Shown here: positions 11,013 through 21,004 of the stretch, in pieces | Position numbering within the stretch: the stretch's first letter is position 1 | How the letters are laid out: the number at the start of each line of letters is the position of its first letter | Assembly (NCBI GenBank): GCA_965198945.1 | Contig: CBDAQI010000001.1 | Span: forward strand, 4,521 to 68,520 | DNA length: 64,000 nucleotides | Direction of reading: 5' to 3' | From: Thermodesulfobacteriota bacterium | GTDB lineage: Bacteria; Desulfobacterota_D; UBA1144; Nemesobacterales; Mycalebacteriaceae | Notes under the pieces: model-generated | The model's database searches: none | What the model saw: only the letters and a program-made list of their open reading frames with translations | Told to the model about the DNA's origin: nothing | Translations under genes and position numbers: made by a program

Positions 11013-11174
11013 ATGGGAAAACAGGGAAATCGGCTTATGGTCAAAATTAAAAGCACCGAGAGCCACCACATCTACTACACCGAAAAAAACAAAGTGAACA
11101 CGGAAGGCCGTCTTGAAATCAAAAAATTTGATCCGGTCATAAGAAAGCATGTTCTCTACAAGGAGACAAAATAA
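11013..11174 (+). CDS. rpmG: 50S ribosomal protein L33
   Basis: 53 aa, [53 protein letters not shown]. Below the ORF-track length cutoff. Its TAA overlaps the rpmB ATG as TAATG. Confidence 0.85.
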   Translation: MGKQGNRLMVKIKSTESHHIYYTEKNKVNTEGRLEIKKFDPVIRKHVLYKETK

Positions 11175-11416
11175 TGGCGCGCAGATGCTCAATCACGGGT
11201 AAAAAACCGCTTTCCGGAAACCATGTTTCGCACGCGAATAATAAGGTCAGAAAGCGCCAGTTGCCCAACCTTCAGGAGAAAAGAATTTATGTTCCCGAAC
11301 TTGGCGGTTTTGTAAAAATCAAACTTTCCGCCCGCGCCCTGCGGACAGTTGACAAAAAAGGCCTTCTCCCTTTTCTCAAAAGCGAGGGGTTGTCACTCAA
11401 AGACGTTGTGAGATAG
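11174..11416 (+). CDS. rpmB: 50S ribosomal protein L28
   Basis: 80 aa, [39 protein letters not shown]..., an L28 signature. Confidence 0.9.
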   Translation: MARRCSITGKKPLSGNHVSHANNKVRKRQLPNLQEKRIYVPELGGFVKIKLSARALRTVDKKGLLPFLKSEGLSLKDVVR

Positions 11417-11435
11417 ACAATTTCTTAATGAGCCG

Positions 11436-12452
11436 TTGAATAAACAGCCCGGCCTCTTAAAAAACAAAATCTTTCCGAAAACCGCAAAACTGACTGCGAT
11501 CGTGGCATTTGCTCTTATTCTCACGGCCCGGGACCGGTTGTCGGCGGAGATGAAAACTGTTGAATATTTTGGAATGTGCGACGCTTCGGCCGCGGTGGCA
11601 GTGGGAAACGATATGTTTCTTGCCGCAAATGACGAGGACAATATCCTCAGACTCTACCGCACGAACCAGGGCGGAAAACCGGTACAAAGCTTTAATCTCA
11701 ACCGCTTTTTGAAAATCCCGAAGCGCCGGGAGGCGGACATTGAAGCCGCCGCGCAAGTCGGAAATATCGTTTATTGGATAACATCGCACGGAACAAACAA
11801 AAACGGAAAACCCCGTCCCGGCAGGCGCAGACTGTTTGCAACCGGCATAAAACAGTCCGGCGGAGAGGTTGAAGTCAGGCCAATCGGCGTTCCGCATAAA
11901 AATCTTTTGGAAGCCCTGAAAAAATCCCCGCAACTGAAAAAGTTCGGTTTCGGCACGGCGGCAAAAATTCCACCCAAAAGAGAAGGAGGGCTGAACATTG
12001 AAGGACTTGCGCCCGCCGAAGGTGGAGGTTTGCTGATTGGTTTTCGCAACCCTGCGGCCGGCGAAGATGCTTTGATTGTTCCGCTTGAAAACCCGGAAGA
12101 GGTCATAAATGGAAAAGAAGCGAAACTCGGAGACGCAACCGTCTTGCCGCTCGGAGGCTTCGGAATAAGAGCGATTGAATACCTGTCCGGGCGGCGGGAG
12201 TATCTGATTGTCGCGGGAGCACGGGATGGAAGAGAGGTTTTTCAAATCTACAAATGGGCGGGTTACGGCAGACCCGAACCCGCCGCCAGAATTGACACCA
12301 CCGGTCTGAATCCCGAAGCGGCGGTTTTTTATGCTGAAAAGGGCGGGATGCTCTTTTTGAGTGATGGCGGCTCAAAAAATGTCGCGGGTGAAAAATGCAA
12401 AGACTCTCCGGCATCAAAAAGAAGTTTCCGCGGCATACTCGTTCCATACTGA
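11436..12452 (+). CDS. Secreted hypothetical protein (possibly DUF3616/phytase-like esterase family)
   Basis: 338 aa with a hydrophobic N-terminal segment. The family assignment is from memory only. Confidence 0.5.
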   Translation: MNKQPGLLKNKIFPKTAKLTAIVAFALILTARDRLSAEMKTVEYFGMCDASAAVAVGNDMFLAANDEDNILRLYRTNQGGKPVQSFNLNRFLKIPKRREADIEAAAQVGNIVYWITSHGTNKNGKPRPGRRRLFATGIKQSGGEVEVRPIGVPHKNLLEALKKSPQLKKFGFGTAAKIPPKREGGLNIEGLAPAEGGGLLIGFRNPAAGEDALIVPLENPEEVINGKEAKLGDATVLPLGGFGIRAIEYLSGRREYLIVAGARDGREVFQIYKWAGYGRPEPAARIDTTGLNPEAAVFYAEKGGMLFLSDGGSKNVAGEKCKDSPASKRSFRGILVPY

Positions 12453-12457
12453 AAGCT

Positions 12458-13396
12458 TCACGCGGTCAAATATAAAACCATGGTCGGCAGAACAAGGAAT
12501 GAAATAACTGTTCCGACTGCAACCACCGAGGCGACTTTGTCCGGTTCGGTGCCATATTTTTCCGCAAAAACAAGACAGGTTACGGCCGTTGGCATTGCAC
12601 ACTGCAGAACCATGACTTTTGAAGCAAGCTCCGAAACGGCAAAAAAAGGAACAAGGACGAGCGCGCTGACAAATCCGAGAGCTATGCGGGAACACCCGAA
12701 AAGCGACGAAACCCAAAAGCCCGATACCGAAAGCTCCGAAAGCCGGTATCCCAGAATAAACATCATTCCCGGAACCGCTATGTCTCCCAGAAGAGAGACC
12801 GACCTGCTGATAAAAAGCGGCAATTCATACCCTCCGAAGTTTATCCACATGCCCCCGACAGCCGAGTAGATCAGCGGCAATTTGAAAATCTCGTAGATCG
12901 CGCCGCGAGGGCTCACAAGAGACACCCCGAGAGTGTAGTGAAGAAGGGCCATCGCCACCATGCAGACGACGGCAATCTGAAAGCCCTCTTGGCCGAAAGC
13001 GAACAGCATCAGCGGCAGCCCCATATTGCCGTTGTTGGCAAAAATCATCGTGGGAAGATAGACCGGACGCGGAAGTTTGAGAATCCTGGTCAGCAAAAGA
13101 CCGAAAACGAGACACACTGCGGAAACACAGACAAAAAATCCGAAAATCCGCGCCACGAAATCAAAATTCATGGGCGGTGAGGAAAAAGAGGAAAAAATCA
13201 GACACGGAGCGGCCACATAAAGAACAAGGTCGTTAATCGGAGAAACCTCAACGCGCTTGATTTTTCCGAACAGAAAACCCGCCCCGACTATCAGAAAAAC
13301 GGGAAGCACCACATTGGCAATACCCGTGTCGGCTATCGCCACGGTGAACGGGAAGTGAAAACCCGGCACTACAACCTCACCACGCAGGAGCCCCAT
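12458..13396 (-). CDS. AEC (auxin efflux carrier) family transporter
   Basis: 312 aa, about 10 TM helices, AEC-like architecture. The start is uncertain: the ATG at 13396 overlaps fabH by 28 nt, and an alternative GTG lies at 13342. Confidence 0.75.
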   Translation of the reverse strand: MGLLRGEVVVPGFHFPFTVAIADTGIANVVLPVFLIVGAGFLFGKIKRVEVSPINDLVLYVAAPCLIFSSFSSPPMNFDFVARIFGFFVCVSAVCLVFGLLLTRILKLPRPVYLPTMIFANNGNMGLPLMLFAFGQEGFQIAVVCMVAMALLHYTLGVSLVSPRGAIYEIFKLPLIYSAVGGMWINFGGYELPLFISRSVSLLGDIAVPGMMFILGYRLSELSVSGFWVSSLFGCSRIALGFVSALVLVPFFAVSELASKVMVLQCAMPTAVTCLVFAEKYGTEPDKVASVVAVGTVISFLVLPTMVLYLTA

Positions 13397-14355
13397 GTAA
13401 AACCGGCCCCAAACGCAGTGAGAAGCAGTGTGCTCCCCTCCGAAACCGCGCCCTCCCGAAGCGCCTCGTGCAGAGCGATTGGAATGGAAGCCGAAGACGT
13501 GTTTCCGTATTTGTCAAGATTGACCAGCACTTTTTCGGAGGGAAAATTCATCTTTTTTCTTGTTGCCTCAATAATTCTGTAATTAGCCTGGTGCGGAATA
13601 AAAAGATCTATTTCCTCATGGGTGATTCCCGCAAGTCTCACGGCCTCTTCCGAAGCGGTTTCCATTGCTTTTACCGCCACCTTGAAAACCTCGTTACCCT
13701 CCATTTTAAGAAAATGACTGCGGTCACGGACGCTCTGTTCGCTTGCGGGTATCCGTGAACCGCCCCCGGGCATATAAAGAAGTTTCCAGTTGTCACCATC
13801 GGAACCCATTTGAGAGGAGAGAATTCCCGGAGCATCGGATTTCTGCAGAACCGCCGCTCCGGCACCGTCTCCGAAAAGAACGCAGGTTGCCCTGTCTTTA
13901 TAGTCCACAACCTTTGAAAGGGACTCCACTCCGACGGCAAGAACCGTTTGGCAGCGACCCGAATCTATCATGTCTCTTGCCATGTGAAGAGCGTAGAGAA
14001 AACCCGAACAGCCCGCGAGAATGTCAAAGGAATAAGCATTTTCCGCTTTCAGCCTGCTTTGCAGAATGCATGCGGTTGAAGGAAAAAGGTAGTCGGGTGT
14101 GACTGTTGCCACCACAATGGCGTCAATTCTGTCCGAAGAAACACCCGCGGCTTCAAGAGCCTGACGCGCGGCTTCAAACCCCATGTCCGAAGACGCCTCA
14201 TCATCCCTCGTTATTCTTCTCTGCCTTATGCCGGTTCTCGTAACTATCCACTCATCGCTTGTGTCAACAATTTTTTCAATATCGCTGTTGGTAAGGACCT
14301 TTTCGGGGGAATAGGACCCTATTCCGGTGATTTTTACAAAACCCATCTCCGCCAT
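13369..14355 (-). CDS. fabH: 3-oxoacyl-ACP synthase III
   Basis: 328 aa with the KAS III pattern (...ILAGCSGFLYAL...; C-terminal GAGFTWGS). Confidence 0.93.
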   Translation of the reverse strand: MAEMGFVKITGIGSYSPEKVLTNSDIEKIVDTSDEWIVTRTGIRQRRITRDDEASSDMGFEAARQALEAAGVSSDRIDAIVVATVTPDYLFPSTACILQSRLKAENAYSFDILAGCSGFLYALHMARDMIDSGRCQTVLAVGVESLSKVVDYKDRATCVLFGDGAGAAVLQKSDAPGILSSQMGSDGDNWKLLYMPGGGSRIPASEQSVRDRSHFLKMEGNEVFKVAVKAMETASEEAVRLAGITHEEIDLFIPHQANYRIIEATRKKMNFPSEKVLVNLDKYGNTSSASIPIALHEALREGAVSEGSTLLLTAFGAGFTWGSCVVRL

Positions 14356-14374
14356 TATTATTTCAAAAAAGGAG

Positions 14375-14842
14375 TTATGTCAAACTGAACCGCCCCGAAC
14401 GGCGAAGGGCGCTCATTATACGGAGTCTTTCATTCTCATCAAACTGAACGGCAAACCCCGCAACAGGCTCATCACCTGAGGAGAAAAACCACATTTCAGT
14501 TTCTTGTGAAGAACTGAGAAATTTTAAACTCTCCAAATCAGTGCCGGAATCCAGCGAGAAAAAATACTCATGTCTTACGGAAAAACTTTTTTGGCCTTCA
14601 ATAAAAATCACCGCACAAACGGCCGGAAACTCTTCTTTATCAATAAAATCAAAAGTAAAACGCACAGCCGGCTCAAAATCTCCGGTCAATAAAAGCGCAA
14701 GCGCGCCGTCCTTAACAGCAAAAACAACGCTGTTTTCACTCAAGAACGCAAAACACCCGGAATCCATGATGGAAAGGGCCATCCGCTTCTCAGAGTCAAT
14801 TTCAAGACCGGAAACAGTCCGTATTTTCACACTTCTTTTCAC
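14375..14842 (-). CDS. Hypothetical protein upstream of fabH
   Basis: 155-aa ORF in operon position. Not confidently YceD/DUF177, because no C-terminal Cys pairs are seen. Confidence 0.4.
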   Translation of the reverse strand: MKRSVKIRTVSGLEIDSEKRMALSIMDSGCFAFLSENSVVFAVKDGALALLLTGDFEPAVRFTFDFIDKEEFPAVCAVIFIEGQKSFSVRHEYFFSLDSGTDLESLKFLSSSQETEMWFFSSGDEPVAGFAVQFDENERLRIMSALRRSGRFSLT

Positions 14843-15015
14843 TATTTCTCAAAAAACCGTTTTAGAAGTTACCTTTTGGAAAGCTGTTGTAAAACCCTGG
14901 AAAATCATTTTTTATTTTCTCCTTCCGGCAATAAATAAGGATTTTGTTGAAGTTGAGGGAAAATAAGTAAAGTATTGACCCTTTCCCCAATATCATTGTA
15001 AGATAATCGTTACAG

Positions 15016-15186
15016 ATGTATAATTTAGTTTTAATAGCGGTGGTTGTCCTGATCATTGTTGCCGTTCTCTACATTGCAAAGGGCAAGGAAGGCGGAGGCG
15101 GAGATCAGACCGATGACAGCCCCAAGCCGCCCGAAAGCAAAAGCACGGGAAACGAACAGGACGCTTTTCGCGCCCCCAAATCCTGA
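15016..15186 (+). CDS. Possible small membrane protein (56 aa)
   Basis: MYNLVLIAVVVLIIVAVLYIAKGKEGGGGDQTDDSPKPPESKSTGNEQDAFRAPKS: one TM helix plus a charged tail, in an otherwise empty 380-nt gap between minus-strand genes. Confidence 0.25.
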   Translation: MYNLVLIAVVVLIIVAVLYIAKGKEGGGGDQTDDSPKPPESKSTGNEQDAFRAPKS

Positions 15187-15221
15187 ACCGGACCGGCGCA
15201 GTGCCCGCACGGAGATCTAAT

Positions 15222-16142
15222 TCAGGACCGGCTTGTCAGTTTGAGGGCTTGGTGTGCGCTCCGGTTTTTACCGAAAAATTCCGGGTGGATGATTGCGGTG
15301 AGGACATCAATTCCTTCCGCTATGCGGGGCGAAGGCCTCGTAAAGTGTGAGTTTGAATCAACCGCATAGACTTCTCCTTTTTCAACCGCCGGAAGAGAGC
15401 TCCATTGCGGGATAGCGGAAAGCCGTGCGGATTCTTCAACCGTTTTCTGAATTCCGAAACCGCACGGCATCAAAACCACTTTTTCCGGAGCAAAGTCCGT
15501 GATTTCATCCCACGAAACCCTCCGTGATTTTTCTCCGGTTTTACCAAGACCATTCTTTCCGCCGGCCGTTTCAACCATTTCGGGAATCCAATGACCCGCC
15601 GTATAAGGGGGATCCAACCACTCCATGCAGAAAACGCGAGGAAGTTTTCCTTTTCTCTGAGAGACTTCTCTCACACTGTCAATTCTTTCACGGAGAATTT
15701 GAACCAGTTTGTCAGCGCGTGATGATGTCCCGGTCAAATCGCCGACCTGTTTTATAGTGTCAAAAACACCCTCAATATCGTGCGGGTCAAGAACCGCAAC
15801 TTCGGGACTTGAGTTAACCGCATCGGCGATTTCAAAAACGGCATCGCCGTCCATGGCGCAGACACTGCAAATTCCCTGAGTCAGAATCAAGTCGGGCTTG
15901 AGCAAACGCAGTCTCTCAATATCAGCTTTGAAAACCGGCTCGCGCATCAGGGCGCTTTCCCGAATCCTAAATTCTATCTCGGCGCTTGAAAGTCCAGCGT
16001 CAATCAGGCTAAAAACAATTCGCGGTTTGCTCCTGACTTCGGCCGGATAGTCGCACCCGTCGGTCACTCCCACAAGTGAATCCGCAAGGCCGAGGGCACA
16101 GACAATCTCCGTGGCGGACGGAAGAAACGAGCATATTCTCAT
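15222..16142 (-). CDS. ABC-transporter substrate-binding protein, BtuF/TroA-like (cobalamin/siderophore-binding fold)
   Basis: 306 aa; MRICSFLPSATEIVCALGLADSLVGVTDGCDYP... is typical of BtuF-like binding proteins. No obvious signal peptide. Confidence 0.65.
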   Translation of the reverse strand: MRICSFLPSATEIVCALGLADSLVGVTDGCDYPAEVRSKPRIVFSLIDAGLSSAEIEFRIRESALMREPVFKADIERLRLLKPDLILTQGICSVCAMDGDAVFEIADAVNSSPEVAVLDPHDIEGVFDTIKQVGDLTGTSSRADKLVQILRERIDSVREVSQRKGKLPRVFCMEWLDPPYTAGHWIPEMVETAGGKNGLGKTGEKSRRVSWDEITDFAPEKVVLMPCGFGIQKTVEESARLSAIPQWSSLPAVEKGEVYAVDSNSHFTRPSPRIAEGIDVLTAIIHPEFFGKNRSAHQALKLTSRS

Positions 16143-16149
16143 AAATCAC

Positions 16150-17175
16150 CTACTTGAAAGAAGGTATGACCTCGGAGCCGAAAAGCTCAATGCAGCGCGA
16201 AGTCTCCTCCGGAGGAGCCTGGGGAAATATCATCCGGCAGGCTATGTTTTTGATGCCGGTCTCGCGGCGGTATTTCTCAATTTCCGTCGCACAATGGTCC
16301 GGGGTTCCTATCATAAAGCGGTTCTCGGCCATATGTTCAAGCAGCGGGTCGTCCGGCCCTTTGACCTGTTCGCCCCTTATGAAAATTTTGATTCCGAGAG
16401 TCATGTAGAACTTATACATATTGATTATGTATTTTTCGCCGCCCTCAAGCGCGCCTTTTTTGCCGCCGCTGACAAAAGTTTCTCTGAGAAGAACATGCTC
16501 AACGCGGGAAGGATCGTGTCCGGCTTCCTCCGCAGCCGCGTTATACCAGCCGAGTGTGTCGCGTATCATGTCCAGAGTGCGCCCGGGACCTATCAGGAGC
16601 GGGTATAGGAGACGCCCGGCTCTTTTAACTGCAGGTTCCTCAAAAGATCCGATGTAAAGGGGGATATGCGGCTTCTGGACGGGTTTGGGCGTAACCTCAA
16701 CGTTTTCGCAGTTAAATCTTTTGCCCTTGTATGAAAATTGTCCCTTTTCCCAGGACTTAAGCAGAATTTCCATACCTTCTTCAATAAGCGACGGGCGGTT
16801 TCTGATTGACAGACCGAAACCGTCAAACTCTTCTTTCCGGTATCCGATTGCAACGCCGAGATCAAATCTGCCGCCGGATATGTTGTCAACCACGGCCGCG
16901 TCCTCGGCAATGCGCAGAGGATTGTGAAGCGGCAGAATCAGCGCGGCGGTTCCTATGCGTATGGTTTTTGTAACCGCAGCCATCGCAGCCGCCATTGAAA
17001 GAGGAGACGGGCAGTATCCGTCTTCAAGAAAATGGTGTTCCGAAAGCCAAACGGAATCAAACCCCGCCTTCTCGGCAAGCCGAGTCTGCTCAAGCGCAGA
17101 CTCGTAGAGCCGCCGATGGTCGGCATCCACATCGGCATGGGTTTGCATACTGAAAAGTCCGACTCCGAATTTCAT
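16150..17175 (-). CDS. LLM-class (luciferase-like) flavin/F420-dependent oxidoreductase
   Basis: 341 aa; GFDSVWLSEHHF and TIM-barrel LLM-family features. Confidence 0.85.
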   Translation of the reverse strand: MKFGVGLFSMQTHADVDADHRRLYESALEQTRLAEKAGFDSVWLSEHHFLEDGYCPSPLSMAAAMAAVTKTIRIGTAALILPLHNPLRIAEDAAVVDNISGGRFDLGVAIGYRKEEFDGFGLSIRNRPSLIEEGMEILLKSWEKGQFSYKGKRFNCENVEVTPKPVQKPHIPLYIGSFEEPAVKRAGRLLYPLLIGPGRTLDMIRDTLGWYNAAAEEAGHDPSRVEHVLLRETFVSGGKKGALEGGEKYIINMYKFYMTLGIKIFIRGEQVKGPDDPLLEHMAENRFMIGTPDHCATEIEKYRRETGIKNIACRMIFPQAPPEETSRCIELFGSEVIPSFK

Positions 17176-17238
17176 TTTTGACGCCCTCCGGTTTTTGCTG
17201 ATAATATGTTAACACAATAAGGTAACAGAGGTTCACCC

Positions 17239-18300
17239 ATGGCACAGACTATCAAATTCGGGCTTTCAGCACCCATGCCCGGAGCGGACGCCGCCGGACT
17301 CCTTGAATTTTCAAAAAAAGCGGACAAGCTCGGTTTTGACACTATCTGGTATCCGGACCACACGGTTTTTGTGGCTCCGGGAGCGACGGCGCCCGAGGCA
17401 TGGACAATAGCTTCGGCGGCGGCGGGAATTACATCAAACATACAGCTCGGAACGGTTTCAGATCCTCACAAAATATATCCCTCAACATTCGCCCAGCGGC
17501 TTGCCACAATTGACCATCTTTCCAAAGGAAGGGTTACAATCGCAATGGGAGTGGGCGAATCAATGAACCTTGACGCCTACGGCATTCCGTGGAACAAGCC
17601 TTTCACAAGAATGAAAGAAGCGGTTGAGGTTATGCAGTTGCTTTGGAAAAACGACGAGCACAGCCCTGTCAACTACAATGGCGAGTTCTTCAAGCTGCAG
17701 GACGCATTCTTGCAAATGCGGCCTTTTGAGCGCGACAGAATTCCCGTTTATTTCGCCACTCACACACCCAAGGGTCTTGCACTCACCGGGAAGGTTGGAG
17801 ACGGCTGGCTGCCTATTGATTTGAACCCGTCGCTTTACGAAAAATATCTGGGGGAAATACACTCGGCCGCAGACGGTGCCGGAAGAGACAGAGACGAGAT
17901 TGACCCCGCCCTGTGGGTTTTCACCTCACTTGGAGAAAATGATGATGAAGCATACAAAGCGATTGAGCCGTTCAAGTATGTGCTGATTATGCAGGAACAG
18001 TTGGAGGCGGCGGGTTACGATGTGAAAATTCCCGATGAATACAAGGGGCTGAACTACTTCAACATAGTCCCTCAAGACACTGAGGGCAGGGCAAAATTCC
18101 GCGAAATCGGGCGGTTTTTCCCGCGCGAGGCCATTATGGACTTCACAATCACCGGTTCAAAAGATGACTGCATAAAAAGGATTGAAAATTTTATAGACAA
18201 GGGCGTGAGAAATTTTGTGCTTTTCTACCGTTTCAGCCCCGACCCCGAAAAAGCGCTTGAAACCTACGCGAAGGAGATAATTCCTTATTTTAAAGGCTGA
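17239..18300 (+). CDS. LLM-class flavin/F420-dependent oxidoreductase (methylene-H4MPT reductase-like)
   Basis: 353 aa; ...GFDTIWYPDHT...MGVGESMN..., LLM family. Divergently transcribed from the other LLM gene. Confidence 0.85.
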   Translation: MAQTIKFGLSAPMPGADAAGLLEFSKKADKLGFDTIWYPDHTVFVAPGATAPEAWTIASAAAGITSNIQLGTVSDPHKIYPSTFAQRLATIDHLSKGRVTIAMGVGESMNLDAYGIPWNKPFTRMKEAVEVMQLLWKNDEHSPVNYNGEFFKLQDAFLQMRPFERDRIPVYFATHTPKGLALTGKVGDGWLPIDLNPSLYEKYLGEIHSAADGAGRDRDEIDPALWVFTSLGENDDEAYKAIEPFKYVLIMQEQLEAAGYDVKIPDEYKGLNYFNIVPQDTEGRAKFREIGRFFPREAIMDFTITGSKDDCIKRIENFIDKGVRNFVLFYRFSPDPEKALETYAKEIIPYFKG

Positions 18301-18714
18301 TTACCGTGAGAATGTGGTGATTCAATCCCGCCCTTTTGTGCAGAAAACACTTGCTCGGCGAGCATGTGGAGATGCATATGTTCGCCGGAACGATTAAAAA
18401 GGGAATAAGCACAAAAGGTTATGAAGAAACCGGACTTGTTGACCTGTCCAAAATCCGTATCCGACATGACAAAATAGCAAAAGAGATGCAGCGCAGGGGT
18501 ATGAATCACAAATCGCCCGACCCTATAGGATCAGGCGGATGGATTGACATAAAAGCGAATATGCAAAGTGTGCGCCGAACGGCAGAAGGATTTGCGTCAA
18601 GTTTGACGGGAAAATACAATAAAAGGGTTTGTGTTTATTCTACTTTCAACAAAACAAACAAATAGATAGCAAAACACTTTTTACTATCTATCTCTCACTT
18701 GAATAGATACTAAA

Positions 18715-19874
18715 TCGCCATTGTAGTATACATCTTGGAAATCAATATATAGCAATCGGAAAAACACTTCCCCAACCGGAGAGATATGGCGCATTTATAC
18801 CAGAAAGCGCATGTGATATTGAGTTTCAGTTTACACCTGAAACTGTAAAAAAAGCGCATGATACTGCTCTTGCAGTTGGCAAATTGGATGGAATCAGTCG
18901 GTTGCTGCCCGACATAGATTTTTTCCTTTTGATGTATATCCGCAAGGACGCCACCTCTTCAAGCAATATTGAGGGAACCAAAGCAACGCTGATTGAAAGC
19001 ATTGAGCAGGAAGCAAAGGTATCAAGTGAACTCCCCCGATGATGTTTCGGACATCACTTAGTATATAAAAGCGATGAACAAGGGTTTTGAAAACCTGGAG
19101 CAGATTCCAGTCAGCAATCGTTTCATACGGCTTCTACACAAGGAACTTATGGAGGGCGGAAGGGAGTCTCACTATTCGGACCCCGGAAACTTCCGCACCT
19201 CGCAGAACTGGATAGGAGGCAAATCTCTGCGGGAGGCAAGTTTTGTGCCGCCGCCACCGTCCGAAGTGCTGAGAGCAATGGGAGATCTGGAGAAATTCAT
19301 ACACAGGCGGGACAACATTCTGCCAATAATCAAGGCGGGAATTATCCACTCTCACTTTGAGACGATACATCCCTTTCTTGACGGAAACGGCAGAACGGGA
19401 AGGTTGCTGATAACCTTTTTCCTGAACAAGGAGGGTTTGCTGGAAAAACCCATTTTGTTTCTTTCCTCATTTTTTATAGAACACCGCCAATATTATTACG
19501 ACTGTTTAATATCGTATCATAATGGCGATTATACAAAGTGGATTGATTTCTTTTTGAACGGCGTTACCGAGACCGCAAATAAGTCAATAAAAACCGCAAA
19601 CAAAATCGTGGGAATACGCGAGCGGGATATGAAAAAGATTTCCGGCCTGTCAAAAAGAGCATCCCAAACGGCTTTGAAAATATATCCAAATCTTTTTGCA
19701 TTGCCGATTGTCAATACTACAAAAATAATGGAGTGGGGCGGTCTGACCCGCGCCGGAGCACAGAGTGTTGTGAACCGCTTCATTAAAATGGACATCCTAA
19801 AATCCAGAGACCCGGATAAAACCTACGGACGGTCTTATGTGTATGAGGAGTATTTGAGGGTTTTTGCGAATTGA
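18715..19874 (+). pseudogene. fic: Fic/Doc-family gene remnant: the N-terminal region is separated from the Fic core ORF by an in-frame stop and a frame discontinuity
   Basis: ORF 19074-19874 carries the Fic motif IHPFLDGNGRTGRLL. Upstream, without a start codon, frame A (18715-19032) encodes the Fic N-terminal signature ...LDGISRLLPDIDFFLLMYIRKDATSSSNIEGTKATLIESIEQEAKVSSELPR*. The next segment (PDDVSDIT-TAG-YIKAMNKGF...) has an in-frame TAG 15 nt before the ATG at 19074. Between the two segments the frame apparently changes at a C5 run. The sequence line covering 19021-19080 displayed only 5 ten-base blocks to me, so exact coordinates of the frame change there are uncertain by up to 10 nt. 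Confidence 0.6.
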
Positions 19875-20003
19875 AATACATTTATTGTGGGAAAGAAGAA
19901 AATGAAAGTAATTGAAGAAAATATATTGACTTGCAGAAGTTGCGGCTTAACCGACTGGCAAAGGCGTTTTATGGTAAAATCATTTTTCAACACGGGGAAT
20001 GTA

Positions 20004-20745
20004 TGGAAATGAATAAAGCATTAAGTCTTTTTCCAAACAGTTACAGGAGCAAAATAGAAATATCTCAAGGCAACTGTTTCTCTCTGATTCAAAAGATGGA
20101 AGACAACTGTGTTGACTTGATAGCAACAGACCCTCCTTATGAAATAAATTTTGAGGATAACTATTGGGACAAACCAAACACTCTGAACTGGGACTATTTG
20201 GCAAAAGAATTTAAAAGAGTTTTAAAACCCAATGGGGCTTTAATAATTTTTCAGGGTTGGTCTCAAGTCTGTGAAACCAAAGCAGTGTTGGACAAACATT
20301 TTCTTTTAAAAACTGGATTATTTATGACAGAATTAAGGGGAGAGGGGCAAAAACAAACGTAGTCTCAACCCGGGAAGACATCCTTTGGTATGTGGCAGAT
20401 GAAAAAGACTACACTTTTCACAAAATAGACTCCGCCATTAAGAAAAAAACGGGCGGAATGGGAAGAAAAAACGGCAGCATTTACAGAGCACTTTCAAACG
20501 TTTGGACTGACGTTCCTCCTTTAGTTCCGTGGGGAGAAGAAAAAGTTCCACACCCGACACAAAAACCCATTTTTATTATGAAACGAATAATAGAAATATT
20601 TTCCAACGAAAACGACCTTGTTTTAGACCCCTTCATAGGCAGTGGAACAACCGCTCTTGCATGCAAAGAAACAAACAGAAACTGTGTGGGTTTTGAATTA
20701 GACGAAAACTATTACCGACTTTGCCAGAAAAGATTCAATGATTGA
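20004..20745 (+). pseudogene. Beta-class DNA (N6-adenine/N4-cytosine) methyltransferase, DPPY motif; split by a 1-nt frame change
   Basis: ORF 19931-20362 has motif IV DLIATDPPYEI. ORF 20392-20745 has motif I LDPFIGSGTTALAC...GFELDENYY. The second frame is open back to 20275 and encodes SFKNWIIYDRIKGRGAKTNVVSTREDILWYVADEKDY..., the expected continuation. The frame change lies in the T/A runs at about 20298-20314. The likely start is the ATG at 20004 (MEMNKAL), downstream of an extended -10 TGgTAAAAT. Confidence 0.65.
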
Positions 20746-21004
20746 CAAGTTTAGAATAGGCATGACAAAATTACGAAAGAAATGTAGCGGCAGGGGGAAT
20801 GAAAAACAAATCCGCCGTTGGATAACGCCAAAGGCCTCTGGATTCAAATAAAAGCCGACTTGAAAGAGTTAAAACGTAGATCCAAGGATTGAGAGTTATA
20901 AAAACACGGATAAGTGTTGCATTGAAAGTTACTATACGGATATAATACAGAGTTGTTCAAGTCTTCTTAAGGAATTACCATTCTGATTCGCAGAGTCAGG
21001 AAGA

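Noticed and set aside
11457-12245. Long antisense ORFs embedded in real genes, for example 11457-12245 (262 aa), 28605-29207 (200 aa), 32961-33503 (180 aa) and 4325-4849 (174 aa)
   Set aside because: These are shadow ORFs on the opposite strand of well-supported genes, with low-complexity Arg/Ser/Pro-rich translations typical of antisense frames.
14375-14842. Calling the ORF upstream of fabH as YceD/DUF177 on positional grounds
   Set aside because: The position fits, but the C-terminal paired-Cys motif expected for DUF177 is not visible and plsX/rpmF are absent here. Left as hypothetical.
18336-18665. 109-aa ORF just downstream of the LLM oxidoreductase, at the left island boundary
   Set aside because: It has no RBS, its composition is not clearly coding, an equally long antisense ORF overlaps it, and it has no recognisable motif. 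Treated as a spurious ORF or junction remnant.
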